From: Phycisphaerae bacterium
GTDB taxonomy: Bacteria; Planctomycetota; Phycisphaerae; UBA1845
Assembly (NCBI GenBank): GCA_963666835.2
Contig: CAXXGO010000001.1
Location: 1,664,001-1,728,000, forward strand
Reading direction: 5' to 3'
Length of the DNA: 64,000 nt
Shown: one piece after another, positions 19,149 to 28,526 of the stretch
Position numbering within the stretch: position 1 is the stretch's first letter
Layout of the letters: each line of letters begins with the position of its first letter
Notes under the pieces: generated by a model
What the model was told of the DNA's origin: nothing
The model's input: the letters and a program-made list of their open reading frames with translations, nothing else
Database searches by the model: none
Position numbers and translations under genes: made by a program

Positions 19149-19290
19149 GTAGCGCAGGCTTCCAGCCTGCTGGGCGGACGATGGACTAACGACGTGAGAA
19201 TGAAGACAAGATGTCTGCGCTACGACCGACGATGCAGCCGACCATGTAGACAAGATGTCTGCGTTACGTAACGCAGGCTTCCAGCTTGCC
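19149..19290. repeat. GTAG/GTAA-type REP cluster (REPIN-like doublet 19149-19223 plus two further units)
   Basis: GTAGCGCAGGCTTCCAGCCTGC-spacer-GAAGACAAGATGTCTGCGCTAC. A near-identical 75-bp doublet lies at 24324-24398. Confidence 0.8.
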
Positions 19291-19350
19291 TCCTTTGGAA
19301 CAACCTCTTCGTCAGGGCGAACATCCTGAGCGACCCTCCCGCAATCGACC

Positions 19351-20220
19351 CTAGAAGCCGTATCCTATGTTGCCTCGAAGGAACACCACTCCGTTAAACA
19401 CCGCATGGATGCCGGCCGCGGTGACAATGGCTGCGGACGCTCGGGACAACCGCGGCGGACGGTTCTCTTCGATTGCCGCTGCCCACACCGCCACCAGCCC
19501 CCGCGTCGCAATACACGTGCAGATGCCGCTAAGGGCGATCGCCCCGGTCCACCGCCACGCAAACACCTCCAGTGGTGATGTTCTGAAGTAGATGAAGAGA
19601 TGGACGAGGTTCTGGCACACCGCGAAAAGCACCGCGGTGGCCAGGGTCATGATGTAGATCTGCGCGGAATTCCTAATAAGGTGGACCCGCCGCTCGATTA
19701 ATATCAACGCTCCGACGACCTTGCCCAACTCCGCCAGAAGCGGTCCAAGCAAAACGAAATTGTGGATCCCCAGCAACTCCACCATGAAGAACGCGGATGC
19801 GACGGCCAGGGGGAGGCTTATCAGGGGGATCGCGGCCGTGAGCAGCCAACCGCGGTTGGTCGGCCGCCTCGAATCACGTTGGGCGAGCCATTCGGCATAG
19901 GTCACCTCGCCTTCCCGAGGCGGCTCATAGCGCTCGACCTTCCCGCATTCCGGACAGGGGTGTTCGGTCATCAAACCGCGCAGATTGTAACCGCAGTTTC
20001 GGCAGCTCCAGTCGCGTTCGATCAGCGCCGGAGGCCGGTTGGGTAGGCTGATCGGCTCGTCAAAAACCGAATGCCGTGCCCGCTCCTCGTCGGCATCGGT
20101 GGACATTCTCTCGTTCCGAAGTCCAGGTTCGACTTTCTGCTCGGCCTCGTCCGGTATGAACGGCTCTCCCCGGTGATGCGGCTCTCCGCGGATTGACGGA
20201 TCGTGGTCGGGATCGGTCAC
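19351..20220 (-). CDS. Zinc-ribbon + degenerate PrsW-family intramembrane protease-like protein
   Basis: CRNCGYNLRGLMTEHPCPECG. PrsW-like spacing GPLLAELGK / FAVCQN / GIHAVFN with substitutions at catalytic positions. Confidence 0.7.
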   Translation of the reverse strand: MTDPDHDPSIRGEPHHRGEPFIPDEAEQKVEPGLRNERMSTDADEERARHSVFDEPISLPNRPPALIERDWSCRNCGYNLRGLMTEHPCPECGKVERYEPPREGEVTYAEWLAQRDSRRPTNRGWLLTAAIPLISLPLAVASAFFMVELLGIHNFVLLGPLLAELGKVVGALILIERRVHLIRNSAQIYIMTLATAVLFAVCQNLVHLFIYFRTSPLEVFAWRWTGAIALSGICTCIATRGLVAVWAAAIEENRPPRLSRASAAIVTAAGIHAVFNGVVFLRGNIGYGF

Positions 20221-20717
20221 GAGGATGCTCGGTTCGTACTCGGCACGAACACGGCTGTACCGTACGCGTACACTTCCACCATAGCCGCGCGGTGACTACG
20301 CCGTCCCCCGGCTCCGCCGCTGCCGATGTTGCTACTGGCCAGCCGTACGTTGGCGACGTGGTTCGCCCCCATCGCCTTCGCCGATTCCATCATTCGGACC
20401 AATGCTTCCCGGCGAGCGCGTTCCATAAGCGTCTCATAGGTGCGCAGATCTCCGCCGATCATCTTCCGCAGACCAGCCGCGAACGTCTTGAAGTAGTCAG
20501 ACGCGATGACGACCTCTCCGGTAACGAGGCCGATGGAGGCGGTCTCGCATCCGACAGGAAAAGTCCGCAGGTCGGTGACCATGACGTCGCGCACGGCCTC
20601 TTCGCGGACCTTGAGCTGTCGAGAGTGAGCCCGCTCCACGAAGCCGCCGATTGAGAATCCGAGGATGATCAGCACCACGAACGGGAGGATCTGGATCCAG
20701 AATTGGAGTCCCATCAC
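20217..20717 (-). CDS. YbjQ/UPF0145 family protein with N-terminal membrane anchor
   Basis: GLVTGEVVIASDYFK..AAGLR.MIGG.L.TYE.LMERARREA..RM, NVRL, EVYAYGTAV. Confidence 0.88.
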   Translation of the reverse strand: MMGLQFWIQILPFVVLIILGFSIGGFVERAHSRQLKVREEAVRDVMVTDLRTFPVGCETASIGLVTGEVVIASDYFKTFAAGLRKMIGGDLRTYETLMERARREALVRMMESAKAMGANHVANVRLASSNIGSGGAGGRRSHRAAMVEVYAYGTAVFVPSTNRASS

Positions 20718-20719
20718 CG

Positions 20720-21043
20720 TTATCCTTCCGGCTCGGCGACCACGGCGGTGCCGTAGGCATACAGCTCGGCCGCGCCCTGGGTGATTGTGCTGGTAGTGAA
20801 CCGCACGTTGACCACGGCATTGCCCCCAAGCTGCTCGGCCTGGGCCAGCATGCGTTCCAGCGCCTGCCGCCGGGCTTCGATGAGCAGCTCCGTGTAGCCC
20901 TTGAGTTCCCCGCCGACGAGGTTCTTGAGATTCGCCACGAAATCGCGACCGAGGTGCTTCGCCCGAATGGTGTTCCCCTGTACCAGCCCCTTCACTTCCC
21001 GTATGGCGTATCCGGGGATGGTCTCCGTATTGACCACAATCAT
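20720..21043 (-). CDS. YbjQ/UPF0145 family protein
   Basis: AGGAGA RBS; MIVVNTETIPG, GLVQG, DFVANLKNLVGGELKGYT, NAVVNVRF, AYGTAV. Confidence 0.92.
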   Translation of the reverse strand: MIVVNTETIPGYAIREVKGLVQGNTIRAKHLGRDFVANLKNLVGGELKGYTELLIEARRQALERMLAQAEQLGGNAVVNVRFTTSTITQGAAELYAYGTAVVAEPEG

Positions 21044-21206
21044 CTGATTCTCCTGGCTATGCGCATTTGTGCGAACGTCGCGAATAATACAGACTTGCCC
21101 GAATGGCTGAAAGACCGTAGTCGTGGGCAAACGCAACGCCTTCCACGGTTTCGGGCTCTATTAAACGGACCTTCCGGGAAATTCTCCGTTTTTCTGCCCC
21201 ATCAAC

Positions 21207-21253
21207 TTGACTCGGGGGGCTATTCATGGTAATATTGCCATATAGCCATGAAT
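21207..21253 (+). promoter_or_regulatory. Sigma-70-like promoter with overlapping palindromic ArsR operator
   Basis: TTGACT(21207)-17 bp-TAATAT(21230). The inverted repeat ATTCATGG-N16-CCATGAAT (21222-21253) spans the -10 box and the arsR start codon. Confidence 0.7.
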
Positions 21254-21571
21254 GCGAGACCTCGAAAACTCTACGAAGCCCGGGCCAAGGTGGCTAAGGC
21301 GCTCGCTCACCCCAGCCGCTTGCTCATGCTCGATGCGCTCGCCGAAAGGGACATGTGCGTCTGCGAGCTGACCGAACTGGTCGGGGCGGATCAGTCGACG
21401 GTGTCCAAGCACCTGGCGGTTCTGAAAAACGTCGGAATTGTCGACGACCGCAAAGAGGGCGTGATGACCTTCTACCGGCTGAAGATGTGCTGCGTGCAGG
21501 GGATCTGGTCGTGCATCGAGGCGGCCCTCAAGGAGCACGTCAAGGAACAGGGGGCGGCGATCGGCAGTTGA
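21248..21571 (+). CDS. arsR: ArsR/SmtB family transcriptional repressor
   Basis: KALAHPSRL, DMCVCEL (metalloid-binding CxC), QSTVSKHL.VLK..GIV. Confidence 0.92.
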   Translation: MNARPRKLYEARAKVAKALAHPSRLLMLDALAERDMCVCELTELVGADQSTVSKHLAVLKNVGIVDDRKEGVMTFYRLKMCCVQGIWSCIEAALKEHVKEQGAAIGS

Positions 21572-21594
21572 TTGCCGGTGCTTGGGGTACCACG

Positions 21595-22800
21595 ATGGGC
21601 GAAACGACCTCTACGACAAACCACCGCCTCCGGCAAGCCGGCATCCTGGCGATTATGGTCGTCGTGTTCGCCGCGGCCTATTTCCTCCCGTTCGCAAAGG
21701 TGGAGGCGAGTTCGCGATTCGGCCTTGCCGGACGCGAGGCACTGCTCATGTTGCAGGACTATGCCCGTGAGCATGTCCTGCTCTGCCTGGTGCCGGCGCT
21801 GTTCATCGCCGGAGCGATATCCGTCTTCATCTCGCAAGCCGCGGTGATGAAGTACTTCGGGGCCCAAGCCCGCCGGGTGGTTGCTTACGGGGTGGCGTCC
21901 GTCTCGGGAACCGTCCTGGCCGCGTGCTCGTGTACGGTTCTTCCGCTATTCGCCGGTATCTACACGCGCGGAGCGGGAATCGGGCCGGCCACGGCGTTTC
22001 TGTATGCCGGTCCGGCAATCAACGTCCTGGCGATCATCCTGACAGCGAGGGTGCTGGGTTGGCAGCTTGGCCTCGCCCGGGCTGTCGGGGCGATAGTGTT
22101 CAGCGTCGTAATCGGGCTGACCATGCAACTGATCTACCGGCGAGAGGAACGCGCCCGAGAGACCGGCGGGATGGTCCTGCCCCAGGACCACAATAGTCGG
22201 GCATTGTGGCAGAACGCCCTGTACTTCGCGGCCATGATCGGCGTTCTCGTGTTTGCCAACTGGGGCAAACTGGGGGAGAGCGGCTTCGCTTATGCGATCT
22301 GGTCGGCCAAGTGGATCATCACAGGCGTCTTCGTCTTGGCACTGGCGATCATGCTCATGCTCTGGTTTCGCGGGCCTGAGCTTGGCGAGTGGGTTGGCAG
22401 CACCTGGCTGTTTGCCAAGCAGATTCTCCCGCTTCTGTTCGTTGGTGTTCTCGTGGCGGGGGTGTTGCTGGGGCGTCCCGGACATCCCGCTTTGATTCCC
22501 GAAGAGTGGATTGCGCGCTCAGTGGGGGGCAACGGTTTTGGGGCGAATCTGTTCGCGTCGGCCGCGGGGGCGTTGATGTACTTTGCCACGCTGACCGAGG
22601 TGCCGATTCTGGAGGGTCTGATCGGAGCGGGGATGGGGGACGGTCCGGCGCTGTCGCTATTGCTGGCCGGTCCGGCGCTGTCGCTGCCGAATATGCTGGT
22701 GATTCGCTCGGTGATGGGCACGCGGAAGACCCTTGTCTACGTGATGCTGGTGGTCGTTCTGTCCACGTTTGCAGGTATGATCTACGGGACGTTGGTTTGA
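21595..22800 (+). CDS. ArsP/DUF318 family permease
   Basis: HVLLCLVPALFIAGAI, ACSCTVLPLF.GIY.RGAG.GPA.AFLY.GP.IN, MYFATLTEVP, GPALSLPNM. Confidence 0.9.
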   Translation: MGETTSTTNHRLRQAGILAIMVVVFAAAYFLPFAKVEASSRFGLAGREALLMLQDYAREHVLLCLVPALFIAGAISVFISQAAVMKYFGAQARRVVAYGVASVSGTVLAACSCTVLPLFAGIYTRGAGIGPATAFLYAGPAINVLAIILTARVLGWQLGLARAVGAIVFSVVIGLTMQLIYRREERARETGGMVLPQDHNSRALWQNALYFAAMIGVLVFANWGKLGESGFAYAIWSAKWIITGVFVLALAIMLMLWFRGPELGEWVGSTWLFAKQILPLLFVGVLVAGVLLGRPGHPALIPEEWIARSVGGNGFGANLFASAAGALMYFATLTEVPILEGLIGAGMGDGPALSLLLAGPALSLPNMLVIRSVMGTRKTLVYVMLVVVLSTFAGMIYGTLV

Positions 22801-22812
22801 AGGAGGAGTGCG

Positions 22813-23043
22813 GTGGAGATTAAGGTGCTGGGAACCGGCTGTGCCAAATGCGAGTCGCTTGCGGCGAACGCCGCGGCCGCAGTGGGCCGGTTGGGTTTGG
22901 ACTGTCAAGTACAGAAGGTAAACGACATTACGGAGATCATGGCGATGGGTGTCATGATGACCCCGGCTCTGGTCGTTGACAACGAGGTGAAAGCGAGCGG
23001 AAAGGTGCCGTCGGTAGACGAGATCGTGACGATGATTTCGTGA
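22813..23043 (+). CDS. Small redox-active disulfide protein (thioredoxin-like, MTH895/ArsE-like)
   Basis: AGGAG RBS; IKVLGTGCAKC, GVMMTPALVVD, SGKVPS. Confidence 0.92.
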   Translation: MEIKVLGTGCAKCESLAANAAAAVGRLGLDCQVQKVNDITEIMAMGVMMTPALVVDNEVKASGKVPSVDEIVTMIS

Positions 23044-23074
23044 CGGATTAGTGGCACCAAGGAGCGTTGATGTT

Positions 23075-23599
23075 ATGAAAGCCAAGCAGATTGTCTCGGT
23101 CGTTCTGTTGCTGTTTGTAGTGGCGAGTGTGGTGTTGCTCGTCGTCGGCGAGACCCGCGCCCCGTCAAAGCCGCCGGAGGGAGCTTCCGCCTTGCCGACA
23201 AACGCTTCGGAGGAGGTTGACCAAGCCACGACTTCCAAGACGGAATCGGCCGAGCCCGCTCGCAAGACGATTGCCTACTACTTCCACAGCACCGCCAGGT
23301 GCAAGACGTGTTTGACCATCGAGGCCTATGCGCAAGAGGCTCTGGCCGTGGCGTTCCCCGAGGAGCTGGAGTCGGGGCGGCTCGAGTGGCGCGCGGTTGA
23401 CACCGATGAGCCGGAGAACGAGCACTTTATCAGTGACTACGAGCTAACCGCGAGTTCGCTCGTGCTGGTCGATTTTATCGACGGGAAGCAGGTCGCTTTC
23501 AGAATCCTGGACGACGTGTGGACTTTGGTTGATGACGAACTGAAGTTCAAAGCCTACGTCGAAGGCGAGGCTCTTGCCTATCTGGGGAGCGGCGACTGA
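23075..23599 (+). CDS. ArsF-like periplasmic thioredoxin-fold protein
   Basis: N-terminal TM/signal; YYFHSTARCKTCLTIE; lies between the thioredoxin and the ArsG-like gene. Confidence 0.8.
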   Translation: MKAKQIVSVVLLLFVVASVVLLVVGETRAPSKPPEGASALPTNASEEVDQATTSKTESAEPARKTIAYYFHSTARCKTCLTIEAYAQEALAVAFPEELESGRLEWRAVDTDEPENEHFISDYELTASSLVLVDFIDGKQVAFRILDDVWTLVDDELKFKAYVEGEALAYLGSGD

Positions 23600-24288
23600 T
23601 GGGTCAGATGCTCGCTGGAATGCTCGGAGCCGTCTGGCTCGGAGTGCTTACTTCCATCGCGCCGTGCCCGCTGGCGACGAATATCGCCGCGATCTCGTTC
23701 ATCGGTCGGCGGGTGGGTAGCCCCCGCGCCGCCGTGATGACGGGGTTGCTCTACACGATCGGCCGAACGGTCGTGTATGTGGCACTTGGGGCGATTCTGG
23801 TGTACAGCATCCTGGCCGCGTCGGATGTGTCCTTCTTCCTCCGGAAGTACATGAACAAGGTTCTGGGCCCGGTGCTTATCCTGGTGGGGATGCTGCTGCT
23901 GGACCTGATCCGGATCCGCACCTCCGGAACCGGAGTCAGCGAGAAGATGAGCAAGCGCGTCGAGGCGTGGGGCGTGTGGGGCGGGTTCCCCTTGGGCGTT
24001 GTGTTCGCTCTTGCCTTCTGTCCGGGGTCCGCCGCGCTGTTCTTCGGCAGCTTTCTGCCGCTTGCCCTGAAGTACGAATCCGGCTTCGTTCTGCCGGCAC
24101 TATACGGACTGGGCACGGCCCTGCCCGTGGTGATGTTCGCGGTGTTGATCGTGTTCTCCACGCAGGCGGTTGGCCGGGCGTACAACCGCATCACTCAGTT
24201 CGAACGGTGGGCCCGCCGCATCACCGGCGTAGTCTTCATCGGCCTCGGCGTCTACTTCTGTCTGGTCTACATCTTCCGCGTACTCTGA
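23599..24288 (+). CDS. ArsG-like / CcdA-DsbD family membrane protein
   Basis: LTSIAPCPLATNIAAISFI and FALAFCPGSAALFF (two intramembrane Cys); 6 TM. Confidence 0.85.
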   Translation: MGQMLAGMLGAVWLGVLTSIAPCPLATNIAAISFIGRRVGSPRAAVMTGLLYTIGRTVVYVALGAILVYSILAASDVSFFLRKYMNKVLGPVLILVGMLLLDLIRIRTSGTGVSEKMSKRVEAWGVWGGFPLGVVFALAFCPGSAALFFGSFLPLALKYESGFVLPALYGLGTALPVVMFAVLIVFSTQAVGRAYNRITQFERWARRITGVVFIGLGVYFCLVYIFRVL

Positions 24289-24297
24289 TCTCGCCCC

Positions 24298-24435
24298 GTA
24301 ACGCAGACTTCCAGCCTGCCGCCGTAGCGCAGGCTTCGAGCCTGCTGGGCGGACGATGAACTAACGATGTGAGAATGCAGACAAGATGTCTGCGTTACGT
24401 CGCGCAGCCCGCGTGCCACTGCTCTTGAGCAGTGC
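24298..24435. repeat. REP cluster between convergent genes
   Basis: GTAACGCAGACTTCCAGCCTGC, the doublet 24324-24398 and GTGCCACTGCTCTTGAGCAGTGC. Confidence 0.8.
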
Positions 24436-24544
24436 TGAATTCGCCGGCCCCCGGGGCACCGATCCACGTGGAACTCCCGCCTTCATCGAACCGACGACAG
24501 CAAGTGTCGACCAAGATGCGGGCGCATTCTCCCGAGCTGCGAAT

Positions 24545-24913
24545 CTACCGCTTAGTCTTCTTCGTCTTCTTCGCGGTCTTCTTGCAGCCGGCTCGTTTCG
24601 CGGGGACGGCCTCCTGAACCCAGCAACGCCCGCGGACCATGGTCGGAAACCCGATGGTCGGCGCCGCGAGCAAAGCCACCTGAAGCACTTCCTCCTTCGA
24701 GCACCCGGCTTCGATTGCGCGAGCGGTCTGAGAGTGTGTGGCGCCCTCCAACCCGGCGGCAATCCCGTAAGCGAGCTTAACCAACGCAACCGTGCGGGCG
24801 TCGAGCGGCCCCGCGTTGCGGGCGGCCTCACCCATCGCTTCGAGCGCGGCCATGAACTCCGGGTGAGCCTTCTGCAGATCCTGATAAGCCTTCGGTCGTG
24901 GTGCTTTCTTCAT
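24545..24913 (-). CDS. Carboxymuconolactone decarboxylase (CMD/AhpD-like) family protein
   Basis: AGPLDARTVALVKLA..IAAG.EGA.HS, EEV.QVALL..PTIGFP; AAAGGA RBS. Confidence 0.85.
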   Translation of the reverse strand: MKKAPRPKAYQDLQKAHPEFMAALEAMGEAARNAGPLDARTVALVKLAYGIAAGLEGATHSQTARAIEAGCSKEEVLQVALLAAPTIGFPTMVRGRCWVQEAVPAKRAGCKKTAKKTKKTKR

Positions 24914-25193
24914 ACTGCGAGTCCTTTCTCAAACATGTGTCCCGTTCCTTGTATCGCCGAATTATAGCGACCCGCGTCCACGTCGATAGGTGGCCCGTTC
25001 TCCAGACGGACGAACGCCGGGCGATCCTACGCCCGACCTGAAGACTGCGGGGACGTGTTCCTTACCTCAACCTGAAAGGCCGCCAGCCAGCTCATTCTTC
25101 AGGCTGAAAGCCTGCCAGATAGTAGCCGGGGGCCAGGCCCCAAAAACCCCGAGGCGGCCAAAGCTCGGTAGCAAGACTCCATGGCGATCCCAC

Positions 25194-25446
25194 GCCCGGC
25201 CGGAAGACCGCGGGGGGGGCCTTCCTCAGCCTGAAAGGCTGCCAGATAGTAGACGGGGGCAAGGCCGCGGAGCGGCCGCCGCCCCCGGGAGCGGATTCCA
25301 ATAGTCCACACTGCCCTGAAAGGGCTGAAGAGCGGGCATCGTGAGACTGTGTTTCGGCCTCGGCTGCCCCGCCCTTCGCAGCACTTGCTGCAAGGTATGG
25401 CGGCGTTGTGACGCCCGATTGCCGGGGCTATTCGACCCATTCAGGG
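25194..25446 (+). repeat. ~253-bp direct repeat, copy 1 (left of tnpA), built of hairpins with CCTGAAAGG cores
   Basis: Aligns by eye with 26251-26504; the first ~160 bp are nearly identical. Confidence 0.9.
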
Positions 25447-25698
25447 TCGTGACGGATGTCTGACCGTGTCCCGGGGGCGGCGTCCGCTTCGCGGACTAGC
25501 CCCCGGCTACTGTCTGTCAGCCCTGCGGGCTGGGAAGACCAGCTCGGGAACCGAACGATCGCAGTTCGTGGATGGACAGACGGATGTGCATGGCGACGTG
25601 GGTACCGCCCACGGGGTGACGGGGCAACGCGCTATTCGACCTTGAAGGGGGCCCATGAGCACCTGTCCACCCCATGGATTCGATTGTAGAATCAACCT

Positions 25699-26151
25699 AT
25701 GGCGCAGACGCTGACACGGTTGCTGGTACACGTTGTGTTCTCCACGAAGGAGCGTCGAAATCTGATCACCTCCATCGTCGAGCCGGGCTTGCATGCCTAC
25801 CTTGGCGGGATCTGCCGAAATTCGCAGTCGCCGGCGTTGGCCATCGGCGGAACGGAGAATCATGTTCATTTGCTGGTAAGCCTGTCGAAGACCGAAGCTC
25901 TTAGTGCCTTCATGATGACGCTGAAGAAGGACTCATCGAGGTGGATCAAGACCAACGGGGTCGCGTTCCGGGACTTCCATTGGCAGGACGGCTATGGAGC
26001 GTTTTCGCTGGGGCAATCGCAAGTAGGTGCGGTCACCGACTACATTCGGGTGCAGACGAAGACGCACACGACTATGGCCTTCGAGGACGAGCTTGTCGCG
26101 CTGGCACAACGGTACGGAGTATCTTACGATCCCAAGTATCTTTGGACTTGA
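25699..26151 (+). CDS. tnpA: IS200/IS605-like Y1 (HUH) transposase, RAYT-like, no tnpB
   Basis: HVVFSTKER, NHVHLL (HUH), WQDGYGAFS, DYIRVQ (catalytic Tyr). Confidence 0.9.
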   Translation: MAQTLTRLLVHVVFSTKERRNLITSIVEPGLHAYLGGICRNSQSPALAIGGTENHVHLLVSLSKTEALSAFMMTLKKDSSRWIKTNGVAFRDFHWQDGYGAFSLGQSQVGAVTDYIRVQTKTHTTMAFEDELVALAQRYGVSYDPKYLWT

Positions 26152-26250
26152 TCGCTGGCATCCTGGGCGGGTCGAGAGAACGTATGGCTGCCAGTCACTT
26201 GGCGTCCTGGCACACTGCTACTGGCTGCCAGCCCTGCGGGGCGGTCCGTG

Positions 26251-26504
26251 GCCCGGCCGGAAGACCGCGGGGGGGGGCCTTCCTCAGCCTGAAAGGCTGC
26301 CAGATAGTAGACGGGGGCAAGGCCGCGAAGCGGCCGCCGCCCCCGGGAGCGGATTCCAATAGTCCACACTGCCCTGAAAGGGCTGAAGAGCGGGCATCGT
26401 GAGACTGTGTTCCGGTCACCGCTACCCCGCCCTTCACCGCACCTGCTGCAAGATACGGCGGCGTTGTGACGCCCGATTGCCGGGGCTATTCGACCCATTC
26501 AGGG
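26251..26504 (+). repeat. ~254-bp direct repeat, copy 2 (right of tnpA)
   Basis: Matches 25194-25446. Confidence 0.9.
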
Positions 26505-26715
26505 GAGTGACGACAGCGTATTACTGGGATCGTCGCGTATGTTGGGGACCCTGATGCCGCTGTTCCCCAATTGCGATAGGTGTCAGCCCGCGGACGCGTA
26601 GCGAGGATTGCGCGCCCACGTGGCGTGCCGCGCTTCGACGCCGGCATGCAACATCGGGGCGTCCGATGTATGATAAACTGCCGAGGGCAGTCCGGCCCAC
26701 GACGCGAGGCATTGA

Positions 26716-28236
26716 GTGAACGACGGGAAGGGCGATACCGGTAACGCGGCCAAGGCTAACGCCTGTGGGGATAACGTGCCGGTGGAGCCCGTTACCAAGG
26801 GGTACTGGTGGGTCAAGCGGATTGCCCTGTCGGTTGCGGTCTTGCTTGTGACGCTCGTTGCCTCGCGTTTGTGGTGGGGCGACTACGCCGAGAGCCAACT
26901 CGTTGCAGAGATCGACAAGTACCGCCAGACCGGGCAGATGGTGTTTCCCGAGGAGTTCGACCGAGAGCTGGACGCCGTCCCCGACGAGCAGAACGCCGCG
27001 ATCTTGCTGGTGGAGGCGATGCGGTTTGCATCGCACTTCAGGTTGGCGGGAGTCGACTTTGACGCGTTCTGCAGGAATCCGGCGTTGTTTGAGCAGGATT
27101 CGGCTGCCGCGACGGAGATTATGGACCTGAACGTAGCAGCGTTGGATTCTGCTCGCCGTGCCCGGTTAAGGCCCGACGTGGTCTGGAATTCGCGGGTGCG
27201 GGGGCTGTTCGCACTGTATAACGATCCGTTTTGGCGGCCGCTTCGGTTAGCCGAGTTGCTGAGGTTCACCACGTCATACCACCATCGCTTAGGGAACGAT
27301 GCCGAGGCGGTCGAGACTCTCCGCGATCTCATTATGTTTGGCAATGCCCTGGACTCGCACTCGAGAGCATTCCTCGGATGTGCAGCCGTTCCGATCCGCC
27401 GTATTGCCTGGTTGTTGATTGAGGATATCTCGCCGACCCTGCATGTTCGGGTGTTTCCCACATCGCAGGGGGAACGGTCGTCCGCAGTAGAACGCGAGGT
27501 TGTCAAGGGTCTGGTGGCCGAGCTTCTGGATGAGGAGGGACAGAGACAATCCGCAGTCAGAGATGCTCTGGATGCATGCGCCTACATACTGGTTGCTCTC
27601 GTGCGGTCCGTCGAGAGCGGAGCGCCTCCCCGGGGCGCATCTTGGTACGAGGTGGACTCGCTTATCTGGGAGCCTTATTCGGAGCTTTGCGATGTGTGGA
27701 TGTTCCGGCTCTGCACGGTGATGGCGAAGGCGGCTACCGCGCCCACCTGGCCGGCGGCACAGCATGTCATCGCGGGAATGCCGGTCAGATCCAGGGCCAG
27801 TGAGTTGTTGGGCTCATTCTGGGCGGGGTCCGCGAAGGCGCAGGCCGACTCCCTTGAACGGTTCTTCGAAGGGCTCGCCCTGCGACGGATGGCGGCCACG
27901 GCCTTGGCGATCCGCCTTTTCGTTGTCGACCACGGTCACCGTCCCGCGAAGCTGTCCGAGCTTGTCCCGGAGTATCTTCCCGCCGTACCGATGGACCCTC
28001 TCTCCAGGTCCGGCACTCCAATCCGCTATGAGCCTGACGCGGTCCCTCCGGTCCTCTACAGCACTGGCCTCGACGGTGAAGACAACGGCGGAGTGATTGC
28101 CCAGCGGCCCGACGGGAGTCTCAATGCCGAGGCGAGTGATCTTGTATTCCATCTGGACGGCCGTGCTGCCGACGACGAGGGGAAGTGTAGCCTTCTGGAA
28201 TTGCTGGGACTCGAAAGTGCAGAACCGCCGCCATAG
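26716..28236 (+). CDS. Hypothetical membrane-anchored helical protein with pseudopilin/GspG-like C-terminal motif
   Basis: N-terminal TM; C-terminal ALAIRLF..DHG..P.KL.ELVPEYLP.VP.DP...YS.G.DG.DNGG. Confidence 0.7.
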   Translation: MNDGKGDTGNAAKANACGDNVPVEPVTKGYWWVKRIALSVAVLLVTLVASRLWWGDYAESQLVAEIDKYRQTGQMVFPEEFDRELDAVPDEQNAAILLVEAMRFASHFRLAGVDFDAFCRNPALFEQDSAAATEIMDLNVAALDSARRARLRPDVVWNSRVRGLFALYNDPFWRPLRLAELLRFTTSYHHRLGNDAEAVETLRDLIMFGNALDSHSRAFLGCAAVPIRRIAWLLIEDISPTLHVRVFPTSQGERSSAVEREVVKGLVAELLDEEGQRQSAVRDALDACAYILVALVRSVESGAPPRGASWYEVDSLIWEPYSELCDVWMFRLCTVMAKAATAPTWPAAQHVIAGMPVRSRASELLGSFWAGSAKAQADSLERFFEGLALRRMAATALAIRLFVVDHGHRPAKLSELVPEYLPAVPMDPLSRSGTPIRYEPDAVPPVLYSTGLDGEDNGGVIAQRPDGSLNAEASDLVFHLDGRAADDEGKCSLLELLGLESAEPPP

Positions 28237-28445
28237 GGCCGCGGGTGCCAGCGGTGCTACTGCCGCGGGAGGGAGAGGGCGTCAACATGATCCTCCAGCC
28301 ATCCGCAAGATCATCCTGACACCGCTTCCCTCGACGCTTTCGTAATGTCCACCGAGGTCTCTCGTTTTGTATTACGGGATTCCCATCTTTCTCAGGAACT
28401 CAGCGTCCAACCCTAACTTCTCGCAGTGCCGTCTAAGGCAGTTAG

Positions 28446-28495
28446 GTAGGGCACGGTCGAGGTACGAGACCTGCCACGAAGACGTATGTCGCGCA
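28446..28495 (+). repeat. Half copy of a GTAGGGCA...TGCCCTAC miniature inverted-repeat element
   Basis: 50 bp with 2 mismatches to 29411-29460. Confidence 0.8.
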
Positions 28496-28526
28496 GAGGT
28501 CTGGAAAACCGTTGTTCTCCCTCCAG

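Noticed and set aside
25060..26504. CRISPR array
   Set aside because: Repeats are irregularly spaced, in mixed orientation, with conserved rather than unique spacers; no cas genes.
28405..28447. Integron attC site (GTCCAAC...GTTAGGT) next to small ORFs
   Set aside because: Only 43 bp, no convincing L-box pairing, not repeated between the ORFs, and no integrase nearby.
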